The notes under the pieces are model-generated. The model was given only the letters and a program-made list of their open reading frames with translations. It ran no database searches and was not told where the DNA came from. The position numbers and the translations under genes are program-made. DNA of 61,342 nt, filler included, from Anaerolineae bacterium (GTDB lineage: Bacteria; Chloroflexota; Anaerolineae; Epilineales; Epilineaceae): NCBI GenBank assembly GCA_029262755.1. It is 6 parts of 6 records of this genome, joined end to end, with 100 filler letters (N's around TTAATTAATTAA, not from the genome) between each part and the next. Parts side by side here need not be neighbours in the genome. Positions count along the whole stretch, not along the records: positions 1 to 17,412 come from JAJCYU010000281.1; 5 more parts are not named here. One strand, given 5' to 3'. Position 1 is the first letter of the stretch. Every line of letters starts with the position of its first letter. Below are positions 1 through 10,508 of the stretch, one piece after another.

Positions 1-40
1 CGCGCACGACGCTCCGTAAGGCCAGGAGGAGAGTTCGGAC

Positions 41-1720
41 ATGCAGCCATTCCTGGAACAAATTTCGATCCTGTCGTTGATCACCTTCCTTCCCCTCGTG
101 GGAATGGTATGGGTGCTCTTCCTGCGCGACGACGACAGAATCAAGAAGTTCGCTACGTGGTTCAGCGTGATTCCCTTGATCTTGTCCGTGCTCCTGTGGT
201 TTGGATATGACAAGGACGCTGGCGGCTTCCAGTACGAGGCGTTCTTCAGCTGGATTCCGAACGTGGGTATCAACTACCACGTGGGCGTCGACGGCTTCAG
301 CGTTCCGCTGATCTTCCTCACGACGCTGCTGACCACCATCAGCCTTTGGTATTCAGCGGGCGTCATCCAGACGCGGGTGAAGGAGTACTACGCCTTCTTC
401 CTGCTCTTGGCCACGGGCATGCTCGGCGTGTTCATCAGCCTCGATCTCTTCCTCTTCTATGTGTTCTTCGAGATCGGCCTCGTTCCGATGTACTTCCTCA
501 TCGGCATCTGGGGCGGCCCGCGGCGGGAGTACGCCGCGATCAAGTTCTTCCTCTACACCTTGGCCGGCAGCGTCCTGATGCTGCTCGGCTTGATCGCCGT
601 GGCCTTCAACACACCCGGCGACAATCCCTTCACGCTCGTGCGCGGCGGCATGACTTCGGATTGGCTGACCGCCGCACCGATACCCTTCGCAAGCGATCCG
701 ACCGGAGCGCTTGCGGTCGCAGCCTTCCTCGGGTTCTTGATCGCGATGTTGATCAAGGTGCCGAGCTTCCCCTTCCACACGTGGCTGCCCGACGCGCACG
801 TCGAGGCGCCGACAGCCGGTTCGGTCATCCTGGCCGGTGTGTTGCTGAAGCTGGGCACCTACGGTCTCGTCCGTGTGGCCATGCCTCTGTTCCCCGAAGC
901 GTTCCAGATGCTCGCGGTGCCGATCGGCTTCCTGGCATTCACGAGCATCGTGTACGGCGCGCTGGTTGCCATGGCGCAGTGGGACTTCAAGAAGTTGATT
1001 GCCTACTCGTCGGTCAACCATATGGGCTACGTCACCCTGGGCATCGTGGCGACGGTTGCTGCGGTCAACGGCGTCACGCCCGAGGCTCTCGCCGCGGATC
1101 CGATGCTTGCGGAGAACCTGGAGGCGGCTCGCGTCGCAGCGTTGGACGGTGCGGCCCTTCAGATGTTCACCCACGGTGTGATCACCGGAGCGCTCTTCCT
1201 CTTGGTGGGTCTGATCTACGACACGCGGACCCACGAGCGAGACTTCCGTGAGCTCGGCAGCGGGCTGTGGCGCACCGTGCCCAAGTACGGCACGATGCTG
1301 ATGATCGCGGCCTTCGCCTCCCTCGGCTTGCCGGGTCTGGCCGGGTTCGTGAGCGAGTTCCTCGTGTTCAACGGCGCATTCCGTGTCGGCCTGGCCGGGA
1401 ACCAACCGCTGCTGATTCTTACGGCGCTCTCCGTTCTCGGCATCTTGTTCACGGCTGCGTTCATCCTCTGGAAAGTCATCCAGATGCTGCTGCTCGGTCC
1501 GCAGAACGAGCGCTGGATCGGTACGCCGGACCTCACCAACAACGAGCTTGCCATGCTCGCGCCGCTCATGTTCTTCATCATTGCCTTCGGCGTGTACCCG
1601 TGGCCGATTCTGGAATTCATTCACGGTGCGTCGCAGTCGCTGGTCGCGCACATGAACGTCGACGCGAACCTCATCGAGGTGGCTCGCGCCGCCTCCGCCG
1701 CGCTGACGTCCCTGCGCTAG
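41..1720 (+). CDS. nuoM: NADH-quinone oxidoreductase subunit M
   Basis: Polytopic membrane ORF with NuoM motifs (LFLFYVFFE, IKVPSFPFHTWLPDAHVEAPTAGSVILAGVLLKLG, KKLIAYSSVNHMG). AGGAGG ribosome-binding site upstream. Directly precedes nuoN. Confidence 0.96.
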   Translation: MQPFLEQISILSLITFLPLVGMVWVLFLRDDDRIKKFATWFSVIPLILSVLLWFGYDKDAGGFQYEAFFSWIPNVGINYHVGVDGFSVPLIFLTTLLTTISLWYSAGVIQTRVKEYYAFFLLLATGMLGVFISLDLFLFYVFFEIGLVPMYFLIGIWGGPRREYAAIKFFLYTLAGSVLMLLGLIAVAFNTPGDNPFTLVRGGMTSDWLTAAPIPFASDPTGALAVAAFLGFLIAMLIKVPSFPFHTWLPDAHVEAPTAGSVILAGVLLKLGTYGLVRVAMPLFPEAFQMLAVPIGFLAFTSIVYGALVAMAQWDFKKLIAYSSVNHMGYVTLGIVATVAAVNGVTPEALAADPMLAENLEAARVAALDGAALQMFTHGVITGALFLLVGLIYDTRTHERDFRELGSGLWRTVPKYGTMLMIAAFASLGLPGLAGFVSEFLVFNGAFRVGLAGNQPLLILTALSVLGILFTAAFILWKVIQMLLLGPQNERWIGTPDLTNNELAMLAPLMFFIIAFGVYPWPILEFIHGASQSLVAHMNVDANLIEVARAASAALTSLR

Positions 1721-1745
1721 CCCCGCCCGCCGAGGGAGGCCTTTC

Positions 1746-3296
1746 GTGCTCGACCTGAGCCCCGACTGGGGCGTCATACTCACCCATTTTGCGCCGGAGC
1801 TGATCCTTGTGATCGGTGCATTGGGCCTGTTGTCATACGATCTGTATGTCCGTGGCAAGGACGGTTTGCAGCCATGGATCACCTTAGGCGTGCTGCTCGC
1901 GGCGGCCTTGGCCACCGGCTGGTTGTATACGATGGACCCGGCCGAGGTCTTCGAAGGCCGTAGTGCCGGCGAGGTCTTCCGATCCGGCGCATTCCTTAGC
2001 GACTCCTTCACGCACTTCTTCCGCTTGATGAGCGTCCTGACGGCGGGACTCGTGACTCTGTCCGGCATCGCCTACATGCGCGGCAAGACGGCGTTCAAGG
2101 GCGAGTTCTATGCGTTCGTGTTGTTCGCGGCCCTCGCCATGAACCTTATGGCGGGCGCGAACGATCTGATCGTGATTGCGCTCGGCATCGAGTTCCTCTC
2201 GTTGGTCAGCTACATTCTTACCGGGTACATCCGTGAAGACCGCCTCTCGATTGAGGGTGGCTTGAAGTACTTCTTGTACGGGTCCATCACGAGCGCCGCG
2301 ATGCTCTTCGGTCTGACCTATCTGTACGGAATCGCCGGATCCACCTCGTTGCCCGTGATTGCCGAGGCCGTGCGGCAGCCGGAGAACCTGGTCGTCACGC
2401 ATCTATCCACGTTCATCGTGCCGGCGGCGCTGTTCCTGGTCTTGGCGGGCATCGGCTTCAAGGTGGCCATCGCACCGTTCCACCAGTGGTCGCCGGACGC
2501 CTATCAAGGTGCCCCAACACCGGTCACGGCCTTCCTCAGCGTGGGACCGAAGGCAGCCGGATTCGCGGTCATGATGCGCTTGTTCATCACCGTGTTCGGC
2601 ACGCCGGAATTGTCCGCCACGTGGTTGGGCGTTCTCGGCGCCTTAGCCGGTCTCACCATGATCCTGGGCAACGTGGCCGCACTCACGCAGAGCGATGTGA
2701 AGCGGATGATGGCCTATTCTTCCATCGCCCAGGCCGGCTATATGCTGGTGGGAATCGCCGCGTTCGGGGGCACGGCCTTGATGGGCACCACGCCGCTGGG
2801 CGCGGTGCTGTTCTTCATCCTCGCGTACCTGTTCACGAACCTCGGCGCGTTCGCGGTCATCATCGCGGTCGATCGTCTTACCGGCTCGTCCAGCGTCAGC
2901 GCCTTTGCGGGCCTGTCCAAGCGTTCGCCGTTCCTGGCGATTGCGCTCACCATCTTCTTCCTCAGCCTGATCGGGATCCCGCCGCTTTCCGGCTTCTTCG
3001 GAAAGTTTGCGGTCTTCGGTGCCGCTGTCGCTAGCGACATGTTCGGTCTTGCGGTAGTCGGCGTGCTGACGGGCGTTGTGTCGGCCGTGTACTACTTCCA
3101 GATCGTCAAGACGATGTACTTTGGGGACCCTGCGGAGGGCGGCGCGCTCCGTCCCTCCCCGGGCGTGGTGTTCGTCGTCGCTACCGCGCTGGTCATGACG
3201 CTGATCATCGGTCTGGTACCGCAGCCCTTCATCGAGATCGCCAACCAGGCGGTAACCGCGCTCGAGCCGATCGCCGGTTCGATGGTGGCGCGCTAG
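1746..3296 (+). CDS. nuoN: NADH-quinone oxidoreductase subunit N
   Basis: NuoN motifs (EGGLKYFLYGS, GFKVAIAPFHQWSPDAYQGAPTPVTAFLS, KRMMAYSSIAQAGY). GGAGG site before the GTG start. Confidence 0.96.
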   Translation: MLDLSPDWGVILTHFAPELILVIGALGLLSYDLYVRGKDGLQPWITLGVLLAAALATGWLYTMDPAEVFEGRSAGEVFRSGAFLSDSFTHFFRLMSVLTAGLVTLSGIAYMRGKTAFKGEFYAFVLFAALAMNLMAGANDLIVIALGIEFLSLVSYILTGYIREDRLSIEGGLKYFLYGSITSAAMLFGLTYLYGIAGSTSLPVIAEAVRQPENLVVTHLSTFIVPAALFLVLAGIGFKVAIAPFHQWSPDAYQGAPTPVTAFLSVGPKAAGFAVMMRLFITVFGTPELSATWLGVLGALAGLTMILGNVAALTQSDVKRMMAYSSIAQAGYMLVGIAAFGGTALMGTTPLGAVLFFILAYLFTNLGAFAVIIAVDRLTGSSSVSAFAGLSKRSPFLAIALTIFFLSLIGIPPLSGFFGKFAVFGAAVASDMFGLAVVGVLTGVVSAVYYFQIVKTMYFGDPAEGGALRPSPGVVFVVATALVMTLIIGLVPQPFIEIANQAVTALEPIAGSMVAR

Positions 3297-3344
3297 CGAG
3301 GCTACTTCTCGCCGCACGTCAGATCGGACCTATCGTAGAACCTA

Positions 3345-3385
3345 AGAACGGGGCGCCCACGTGGGCGCCCCGTTCTCTTTCTCTT
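3345..3385 (+). terminator. Intrinsic terminator of the nuo operon
   Basis: Perfect 32-bp palindrome AGAACGGGGCGCCCAC|GTGGGCGCCCCGTTCT (3345-3376) followed by CTTTCTCTT, about 50 nt after the nuoN stop. Confidence 0.75.
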
Positions 3386-3575
3386 GATAGATAGCGCCGC
3401 AGTACATCCGGTCGTTCGTTCGCGGGGCACCCATGACCGAGCGCAGGCGCGGCACCGTCAACGCGGCACGTGTCGGTGCGCACCGATCGGCTGAGCACCG
3501 ATCGGCTGTGCAGGCGAAGGAACAATAGCAATGGACGGCGGTGGCCAATGGACGCCGAAGGGGCAACCTCCACCG

Positions 3576-3607
3576 TGTCCCAAAATGACGCGCGTCGTTT
3601 CGGGACA
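3576..3607. terminator. Imperfect hairpin, possible terminator for the convergent sortase gene
   Basis: TGTCCCAAAATGACG-CG-CGTCGTTTCGGGACA inverted repeat between nuoN and the sortase 3' end. No clear U-tract. Confidence 0.3.
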
Positions 3608-3741
3608 GGCGCTCGGGCAATGGTGCGAACCCTTTCGCGCCGAACCGATTCCGGCCGCCTTGCGTCTCGGGTGCCTACGCGCGCCTGCGTGCCCTCGGCT
3701 GCGGCCCGGCGATCGCGGAGTCGCTCACCCGACGACCGGCA

Positions 3742-4689
3742 TCAGTCGTAGATGCCGTCGTCCTCAACGTTGACGCGCACCGTCAGCTCCGGCACCAAGG
3801 ACGTGAACACCACGAGCCGCTTGTCGTACGTGCTGTTCGAACGGTCCCAGTTGCCCTGGCAGGTGATGAGGTTGAGATCATTCGTGGGAGAATCGCCGAA
3901 GATCAAGTCGATAACCTCGCCTTCTGCGTTGTACGAATACTCACCCGATTCCTGCACGATAAAGGTATAGCGGTCCCCGTTGGAATAGGTGACGTTTACC
4001 TCGTCGCCGGGCAGCAATTGGTCCAGATCCCAGAACACGGCAGGGCCGCCAGACGTCGTGTCCAAGTGGCCCGCGATCACAGCATTGCCTTGCTCCCCGG
4101 GGCGGTATCCCTTGTCATACCATCCAACGTTCTGCCACTCCTTGGGCACGTCCATCGCGCGATCAGGCGTCAGCCCGACTTGCTCGATGTAGGTATCAAT
4201 GCCGAGGGAGGGCACCTCGAGTCGGGTCGGTACGCCCGCCAGCGTGAACGGATCGATCGTTGGGCTCGGCGGCGCGGTCGGAGACGGTACCGTGGTTTGC
4301 GTCGGCGTTGGGGTGGGAGGGACCGGAGTTCGCGTCGGTACCGGGCTTGGCGGGATGACGGTCGGCAACGGCTGGGCCGATCGGAAGGCCGCGACCGTGG
4401 CCTCCACAGCCGCCTGCCCGTCCAACCGGTTCTCGGCCGCCGTATCACTATTCGAGGTCTGTCCACGACCGGCTTCCGACGTCCAGTCTTCGTTGCGCGA
4501 TCCGGTACCGCCATCGCCGTCGTCGGTACCGTTTCGTTCATCGGAGCGGGCGGCCTGTGCGGCTTGATCCATGGCGCCAGCGCCCATCTCCAATACGATA
4601 CAACCGCCCAAACCAGGGGCAGCGAGGAGGGCGATCAGCGGCACGATCCAGCGCCGGATTCTCATTCGTGGGGGGGATGTTTCGAGCAT
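3742..4689 (-). CDS. Class F sortase with N-terminal signal/lipobox and Pro/Thr linker
   Basis: Catalytic motifs IAGHLD, LNLITC and YDKRLVVF. PGEQGNAV is typical of class F. Hydrophobic N-terminus with GLGGC. Start uncertain (4698/4689/4666). Confidence 0.85.
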   Translation of the reverse strand: MLETSPPRMRIRRWIVPLIALLAAPGLGGCIVLEMGAGAMDQAAQAARSDERNGTDDGDGGTGSRNEDWTSEAGRGQTSNSDTAAENRLDGQAAVEATVAAFRSAQPLPTVIPPSPVPTRTPVPPTPTPTQTTVPSPTAPPSPTIDPFTLAGVPTRLEVPSLGIDTYIEQVGLTPDRAMDVPKEWQNVGWYDKGYRPGEQGNAVIAGHLDTTSGGPAVFWDLDQLLPGDEVNVTYSNGDRYTFIVQESGEYSYNAEGEVIDLIFGDSPTNDLNLITCQGNWDRSNSTYDKRLVVFTSLVPELTVRVNVEDDGIYD

Positions 4690-4867
4690 GGCGGGCAAAG
4701 CCTCCGCAGCGGGTTACGGCCATGTTAATGTACCTGTAGGAACTCGCCTCGTCAAGTACTGGGGCGTTGTTTTCTGCCTCTACGCCCCACGCCGTCCCCA
4801 CGTTCAACCGACGCTGGCGGCGTGCCTGCTACAATGCCCGCCTCCAAGGTCCCCGTAGGGAGGAATC

Positions 4868-6013
4868 GTGCACGTCGCGATCGACGGCCGCGTGATCAAC
4901 GACCACTTTCCGGGCATCGGTCGTTATGTCTACCATCTAGCAGAGGCCCTGGGGCGCCGGACGGACGATCATCGCTTCAGCCTCATTGCCGGATCCGAGC
5001 GCACGGCTTCCTCTCGATTCGACGTCGGTTCGCTTGCGTCCGAAGATGGCCTCGCAATAGCCACGATCGATGCCCCCGTCTTCAGCCTCCGTTCGCAATG
5101 GCGGGTGCCCCGTGCGCTGCGCCAACTGCAAGCGAACGTGTTTCATGCAACCTATTGGGTAACGGCGTACCGGCCGGGCGTGCCAACCATACTTTCCGTG
5201 TACGACACGATTGGCTTGGACGAAGCGAACGCCGTGCCTCCTGCGCGGCGCGCGGCACTGCGCTTTACCTTACAAATGGCGCTGCGTTCGGCTGCGGGCG
5301 TAATCACCCTTTCCGAAGCCGCGCGGCAAGACATCGTCCGCGTGTTCGGCATCGCGCCGGAGCGCATCAGCGTAACCCCCCTCGCGGCCGACCAGCGCTT
5401 TCGTCCGCAGCCTGAGGACGCGGTGCGGGCACTACGTGCGCGACTTGGCCTCCCCGACGCATTCGTCCTGTACGTTGGATCGAACAAGCCCCACAAGAAT
5501 CTCGCGCTGCTTCAGGAGGCTTGGCGTTCGTCGGCCCTTCAGGGAGACGGGGACGGGGACGGGGCAACCATCCCGCTCATCTTGGCGGGTTCCCGCGACC
5601 CACGCTATGCACCTTTCGGATCTCGACCACAACCAGGCGTGCGCGATCTCGGCCCCATCGAAGAGCGGGATCTGCCGACGCTCTATGCCGCTGCAACGCT
5701 CTTTGTTTTCCCCTCTGTACGGGAGGGCTTCGGCCTACCCGCGCTCGAAGCAATGGCATCCGGCACGCCGGTACTGGCCAGTCACGCTTCCAGTTTGCCG
5801 GAGGTGGTTGGTAACGCCGGTGTACTTCTGCCCCCCGACGATGCCGCGGCGTGGGCTCACGCGATCCGCGGACTCTGGAACGAACCGGCGCGCCGCCACG
5901 AGCTCGCCGGCATGGGCATTGCGCGAGCGTCGGAGTTCCATTGGGACCGCACCGCCGATCTCACGCTGGCCGCCTACAAGAAGGCCGCTTCGAGCGCGAA
6001 GGCTGCGTCCTAG
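4868..6013 (+). CDS. Glycosyltransferase family 4 (group 1)
   Basis: GIGRY N-terminal motif, VGSNKPHKN, FPSVREGFGLPALEAMASG. AGGAGG site upstream. Confidence 0.92.
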   Translation: MHVAIDGRVINDHFPGIGRYVYHLAEALGRRTDDHRFSLIAGSERTASSRFDVGSLASEDGLAIATIDAPVFSLRSQWRVPRALRQLQANVFHATYWVTAYRPGVPTILSVYDTIGLDEANAVPPARRAALRFTLQMALRSAAGVITLSEAARQDIVRVFGIAPERISVTPLAADQRFRPQPEDAVRALRARLGLPDAFVLYVGSNKPHKNLALLQEAWRSSALQGDGDGDGATIPLILAGSRDPRYAPFGSRPQPGVRDLGPIEERDLPTLYAAATLFVFPSVREGFGLPALEAMASGTPVLASHASSLPEVVGNAGVLLPPDDAAAWAHAIRGLWNEPARRHELAGMGIARASEFHWDRTADLTLAAYKKAASSAKAAS

Positions 6014-6182
6014 CCCGGCGCGTTCAACCTGGCGCAGAACACGCAGATTGCACGGAGTGTGCTAGCGTTGTGGGTTGACTATCGGTTTGGATGTAGCCGA
6101 CACGCGCCATGCTCCCCCGCTCTTTTGATCGCATCCGGATGGCCAACACGCGCCGTTCGCCCGCTACGGAGTGAGCTGCACT

Positions 6183-9100
6183 ATGCAGGACGTCTCGTTG
6201 GCCGGGATCCACGCGCGGCTGATGCTCGACCCTGCCGTCGCGGCGTTCGCGCTCCGCGTGTCCGGCGCGTTACCGGGTGAGGCCATTGGACCCGTTTGGA
6301 TTCCCGAGGCCGTGCAACCGGCCGTCGTGGCGGCAGCACTTCAGGCGGCGTCGGGCCGCAACGTGCCCGTGCTGTGGCTCACCGTCGAACCCGACGAAGC
6401 GCGCACTCTGGCCGAGATGCTGCGGACCTATGTCCGACGTTCGGACCGAGTCCTGCTATTCCCTGCGCCCGATCCGATGCCCCACGAGCGCATTGCCTGG
6501 GATCCTGCCACCCGTGAAGCACGCATGACGGCGCTGGCCGCATTGTGGCGCTGGCGAGCCGAGGGCCAGAAGCCCATGGCGCCGTGGATCGTCGCACCGC
6601 TTCGCGGCGCCATGACCTGCACGCTGCCTTTCGGGGCGTACAGCGACGCCGTGCGCCTCGTGCGCAAGGACGAGCGGGTACCGATCACGGCGCTGATCGG
6701 GCAGCTCGAGCGCTTGGGCTACGAGCGCGTAAGTCAGGTCAGCGAACCCGGCCACATGGCGCAACGGGGTGGCATCGTCGACTTCTTCGCGCCTGCCCTA
6801 CCGGATCCAGTGCGGCTGGAATGGTTCGACGACGAGATCGAGTCGCTGCGAGCCTTCGATCCGAACACCCAACGTTCCCTGTACGCGTTGGAGGCCTGCG
6901 CGATCACGCCGGCTTCCGAGTTGCTGCCCTCCTTTGGACCGCGCATCGCAGAGCAAGTCGGATCGCAAGACGACACGAACATGCACCCCCTCGCGCAGAT
7001 GGAATGGCGACGGCATCGGGAACACCTGGCGGCTGGAGAACGATTCGCGGGGATCGAGCTGTTCGCATCCTTGCTGCATCCGGAACGCACGTCATTGTTG
7101 GATCACTTCCCCCCCGATGGCCTGCTCGTGCTCGACGACCCTGAGCGCTTGGAGATTGCGGCCGAGCATTTGCATGCCCAAGCGGCCGTGGTGTTTCGTG
7201 AGCAGGTGGAAGCGGGCGAGTTGCCTTCGGATTGGTCGGCGCAGCCACTGGCGGACTGGTCGCAGCTTGCGGAATCGTTCCGTACGCACGCGCGCATCGA
7301 GCTAGGACAGGACAGCAGCGCCCTTGCGTTCGACACGAAGGCAGTTACGCAGGGAGCTCCGTCCATCGCTTCCGCGTTCGGAACGCCCGCGCGCTTCGGC
7401 GGTCGTGTCGAGGAGATGGTGCTCGACGCGATGGCGCTCATGGAGCAGGGCGAGGCCGTCGTGGTGGTTTCGCGTCAGGCGCCACGCATCGCGGAACTCT
7501 TCGGAGAGGCCGGGATGAGCGTTCAGGCTCTGCCCGCCCTGGCACGCGCGCCCGGGCCGGGCGGTCTCGCCGTCATCCACGGTGCGCTCGGTGCGGGTTG
7601 GACGCAGCGCGCCGAGGGCGAGGCGCCGGCGCTCACCGTGTGGAGCGACGGCGAGATCTTTGGCTGGCGTATGCCCCATAGGCGGCGCAAAGCACGCGAG
7701 CGCAGCGCGGTGAGCAACGATGAGTTCAGCGAGCTTCACGACGGCGACTTCGTGGTGCATATCGAGCATGGCATCGGGTTGTTTCGCGGACTGCACCGCA
7801 TGGCGGTCGGCGACGTCGAGCGCGACTATCTGCACCTGGAATATGCCTCTGGTGATGTTCTCTATGTCCCGACGCACCAGGCCGACCGGGTCGCCCGCTA
7901 CGTAGGCGCCGGCGATGTCTCGCCTTCGGTGACCCGACTGGGCACGGCGGATTGGGAACGCGCGAAGGCCAAGGCCAAGCGCGAGGTCGAGGACATTGCG
8001 GAAGACCTGCTCGCCCTCTATGCGCGGCGGGAGACGAGCCGTCGGGCGGCCTTTGCGTCCGATACGCCGTGGCAGGCCGAGATGGAGGCGTCGTTCCCGT
8101 ATGTGGAGACCGACGACCAACTGCGCGCCATCGAAGCGGTGAAGGCCGACATGGAGAGCCCGCGCCCCATGGACCGGCTCGTCGTCGGCGACGTCGGCTT
8201 CGGCAAGACGGAGGTCGCGTTGCGCGCTGCATTCAAGGCCGTGATGGACGGGCGGCAGGTCGCGGTGCTCGCGCCGACGACCGTGCTCGCGCAACAGCAT
8301 TACGAGACGTTCCGCCAACGGATGGCGGCCTTTCCGGTCAAAGTGGACGTCCTAAGTCGCTTCCGAAAGAAGAAAGACCAACAGGCCGTGCTGGATGCGC
8401 TGCAACGCGGCGAGGTCGACGTACTCATCGGGACCCATCGTCTGCTCAGCGGCGACGTCGTGTTCAGCCGCCTGGGCTTGCTGATCGTCGATGAGGAGCA
8501 TCGATTTGGCGTCAAGCACAAGGAAACCCTTCGCCAAATGGCCGAGGGTGTCGATACCTTGACGCTCACGGCCACACCGATTCCGCGCACGATGCACTTG
8601 GCACTCACGGGTCTGCGTGATCTGACCAAGATCGACACGCCGCCCTCCGAGCGGCTTCCGGTCGTCACCCACGTTGGTCCCTACGATGAGACCTTGATCC
8701 GCCAGGCCATCCGACGTGAGATCGGCCGCAGGGGCCAAACGTTCTTCGTGAGCCATCGCGTGCGCGGCATTGCGATGATCGAACAGCGGGTACGTCGCCT
8801 CGTGCCGGAGGCGCGCACCGCGATCGCGCATGGACAGCTGGCCGAGGCCGAGCTGGCCACCGCGATGCTGAGCTTCGTGAGCGGCCAAGTCGATGTGTTG
8901 ATCTGCACGAGCATCATCGAAAGCGGCCTCGATATTCCCAACGCCAACACGTTGATCGTCGAGCGGGCCGATCGGTTCGGGCTAGCCCAGCTCCACCAGT
9001 TGCGTGGCCGCGTGGGTCGCAGCGCGCAGCGGGCCTACGCCTACCTCCTGCATCCCGCAGGCTGGGACCTGCAACCCGAGGCGCGCAGGCGGCTGCTTGC

Positions 9101-9803
9101 GCTTGCCGAACACGACGATCTCGGCGCGGGCTTTCGGCTTGCCATGCGCGACCTCGAGATTCGCGGCGCCGGCGAGATTCTCGGAGCGCGGCAGCACGGG
9201 CAGGTTGCGGCGATCGGGCTGGATCTCTATACGAAGCTATTGGCGGAGGCCATCAAGAAAGTGCGCGCGGACCGCGACCGGGATTCGGGCGAGCCCTCAG
9301 CGGTGTCCGAGACGGTCCAGCGCGAGCTGGAGTCCATCGATCCGGGCACCCTGCCTACGGTCGACCTGCCGCTCGATGCTTTCCTGCCCGAAACCTACGT
9401 CAGCGAGACGCGCGAGCGAACACGCCTGTACCGCCGCATGGCCTCCGCCCACACGCTCGACCAGGTGGACGAGATCGAGACCGAGTTGTTGGATCGCTTC
9501 GGTCCCGCTCCGCGGCCGGTGCTCAACCTGCTTCAGGTCTTGCGCCTGCGGGTGTTGGCCCACATGGCGGGAGCGCTCAGCATTGCGCTGGAAGGTGACG
9601 TCGTAGCTGTTCGGTGGGGCGAGGACAATCCAATTCACCGTACGGCGCTCAAGAAGGCGCTCGATCCGACGGCGCGCATCGGCCGGCACCGGGTGGGCTT
9701 GCCCGTGCAACGTAACCAGAAACCGGAGGCCTGGCTGACCATGTGCACCGAGCTTCTGAACGCGATCGTAATGATCGAGCAGGTGACGCCGTCCGAAGAC
9801 TAG
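6183..9803 (+). CDS. mfd: Transcription-repair coupling factor
   Basis: UvrB-like N-terminus, RID (GDFVVHIEHGIG), helicase motifs GDVGFGKTEVA, DEEH and QLRGRVGRS, TRG motif DLEIRGAGEILG, C-terminal TRCF domain. Start 6183 (ATG) or 6171. Confidence 0.97.
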   Translation: MQDVSLAGIHARLMLDPAVAAFALRVSGALPGEAIGPVWIPEAVQPAVVAAALQAASGRNVPVLWLTVEPDEARTLAEMLRTYVRRSDRVLLFPAPDPMPHERIAWDPATREARMTALAALWRWRAEGQKPMAPWIVAPLRGAMTCTLPFGAYSDAVRLVRKDERVPITALIGQLERLGYERVSQVSEPGHMAQRGGIVDFFAPALPDPVRLEWFDDEIESLRAFDPNTQRSLYALEACAITPASELLPSFGPRIAEQVGSQDDTNMHPLAQMEWRRHREHLAAGERFAGIELFASLLHPERTSLLDHFPPDGLLVLDDPERLEIAAEHLHAQAAVVFREQVEAGELPSDWSAQPLADWSQLAESFRTHARIELGQDSSALAFDTKAVTQGAPSIASAFGTPARFGGRVEEMVLDAMALMEQGEAVVVVSRQAPRIAELFGEAGMSVQALPALARAPGPGGLAVIHGALGAGWTQRAEGEAPALTVWSDGEIFGWRMPHRRRKARERSAVSNDEFSELHDGDFVVHIEHGIGLFRGLHRMAVGDVERDYLHLEYASGDVLYVPTHQADRVARYVGAGDVSPSVTRLGTADWERAKAKAKREVEDIAEDLLALYARRETSRRAAFASDTPWQAEMEASFPYVETDDQLRAIEAVKADMESPRPMDRLVVGDVGFGKTEVALRAAFKAVMDGRQVAVLAPTTVLAQQHYETFRQRMAAFPVKVDVLSRFRKKKDQQAVLDALQRGEVDVLIGTHRLLSGDVVFSRLGLLIVDEEHRFGVKHKETLRQMAEGVDTLTLTATPIPRTMHLALTGLRDLTKIDTPPSERLPVVTHVGPYDETLIRQAIRREIGRRGQTFFVSHRVRGIAMIEQRVRRLVPEARTAIAHGQLAEAELATAMLSFVSGQVDVLICTSIIESGLDIPNANTLIVERADRFGLAQLHQLRGRVGRSAQRAYAYLLHPAGWDLQPEARRRLLALAEHDDLGAGFRLAMRDLEIRGAGEILGARQHGQVAAIGLDLYTKLLAEAIKKVRADRDRDSGEPSAVSETVQRELESIDPGTLPTVDLPLDAFLPETYVSETRERTRLYRRMASAHTLDQVDEIETELLDRFGPAPRPVLNLLQVLRLRVLAHMAGALSIALEGDVVAVRWGEDNPIHRTALKKALDPTARIGRHRVGLPVQRNQKPEAWLTMCTELLNAIVMIEQVTPSED

Positions 9804-9866
9804 CGGTGACGGTAACCCGCGTGCGTCCATAGTCTCGAACACCGACCACATACCGGCCTGGGGGAG

Positions 9867-10508
9867 ATGACGTTGAGCCATCAGCCCGAAGCGAGCGAGG
9901 ACGATGTCAAGTTGGTTGAGCGTGCGCGTGCAGGCGATCGCGCCGCATGGCTCACGCTCTACCGTCGCTACGTGGGCGAACTCTTCGGATTTTGTTTCAA
10001 CGAGTTGGGTGCGGCCCAGGACGCGGAAGACGTCGTGGCCGAGACCTTCCTTCGGGTCGTCAACGGTCTTCACAGCTTCGATGGGCGCAGCAGTTTCCGA
10101 ACCTGGCTCTACTCCATCGCCCGCAACCAGCTGCGAGATCGGTGGCGCCGCAGCGGCCGGCGGCCCCAGACGATCGCGTTGACGGATGCCGCTCCGCTAC
10201 ACCTTCGGGTCGCAGCCTCCGCCGACCATGAACAAGAATCCGACCCACATCCCCAGAGTACGGCGTTCGGACGCGCCGTCTTGGATGCGCTGCCTCCTCA
10301 CTACCGGCGCGTGCTCACCCTGCGCATCATGGATGGGCGCTCCATCCGCGATACGGCCGAAGAAATGGGCATCCAGCCCGGCAACGTCAAGGTAATGCAG
10401 CACCGCGCGCTCAAGCGCGCTCGCATCGTTGCGCAGGAGATGGAGGCACCGGCCCGAGTCGGCGCGGTGGCGCCGACTCCGGTGCCATCGACCGGTGGCG
10501 CGTCATGA
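9867..10508 (+). CDS. ECF-type RNA polymerase sigma-70 factor
   Basis: Region 2 (DAEDVVAETF, SSFRTWLYSIARN) and region 4 HTH (SIRDTAEEMGIQPGNVKVMQHRA). GGGGAG site upstream. Confidence 0.92.
   Translation: MTLSHQPEASEDDVKLVERARAGDRAAWLTLYRRYVGELFGFCFNELGAAQDAEDVVAETFLRVVNGLHSFDGRSSFRTWLYSIARNQLRDRWRRSGRRPQTIALTDAAPLHLRVAASADHEQESDPHPQSTAFGRAVLDALPPHYRRVLTLRIMDGRSIRDTAEEMGIQPGNVKVMQHRALKRARIVAQEMEAPARVGAVAPTPVPSTGGAS

Noticed and set aside
1..1720. Complex I variant with a duplicated NuoM
   Set aside because: Only one nuoM is visible and the upstream genes are outside the window, so it cannot be assessed.
353..2068. 571-aa minus-strand ORF
   Set aside because: Antisense shadow of nuoM/nuoN.
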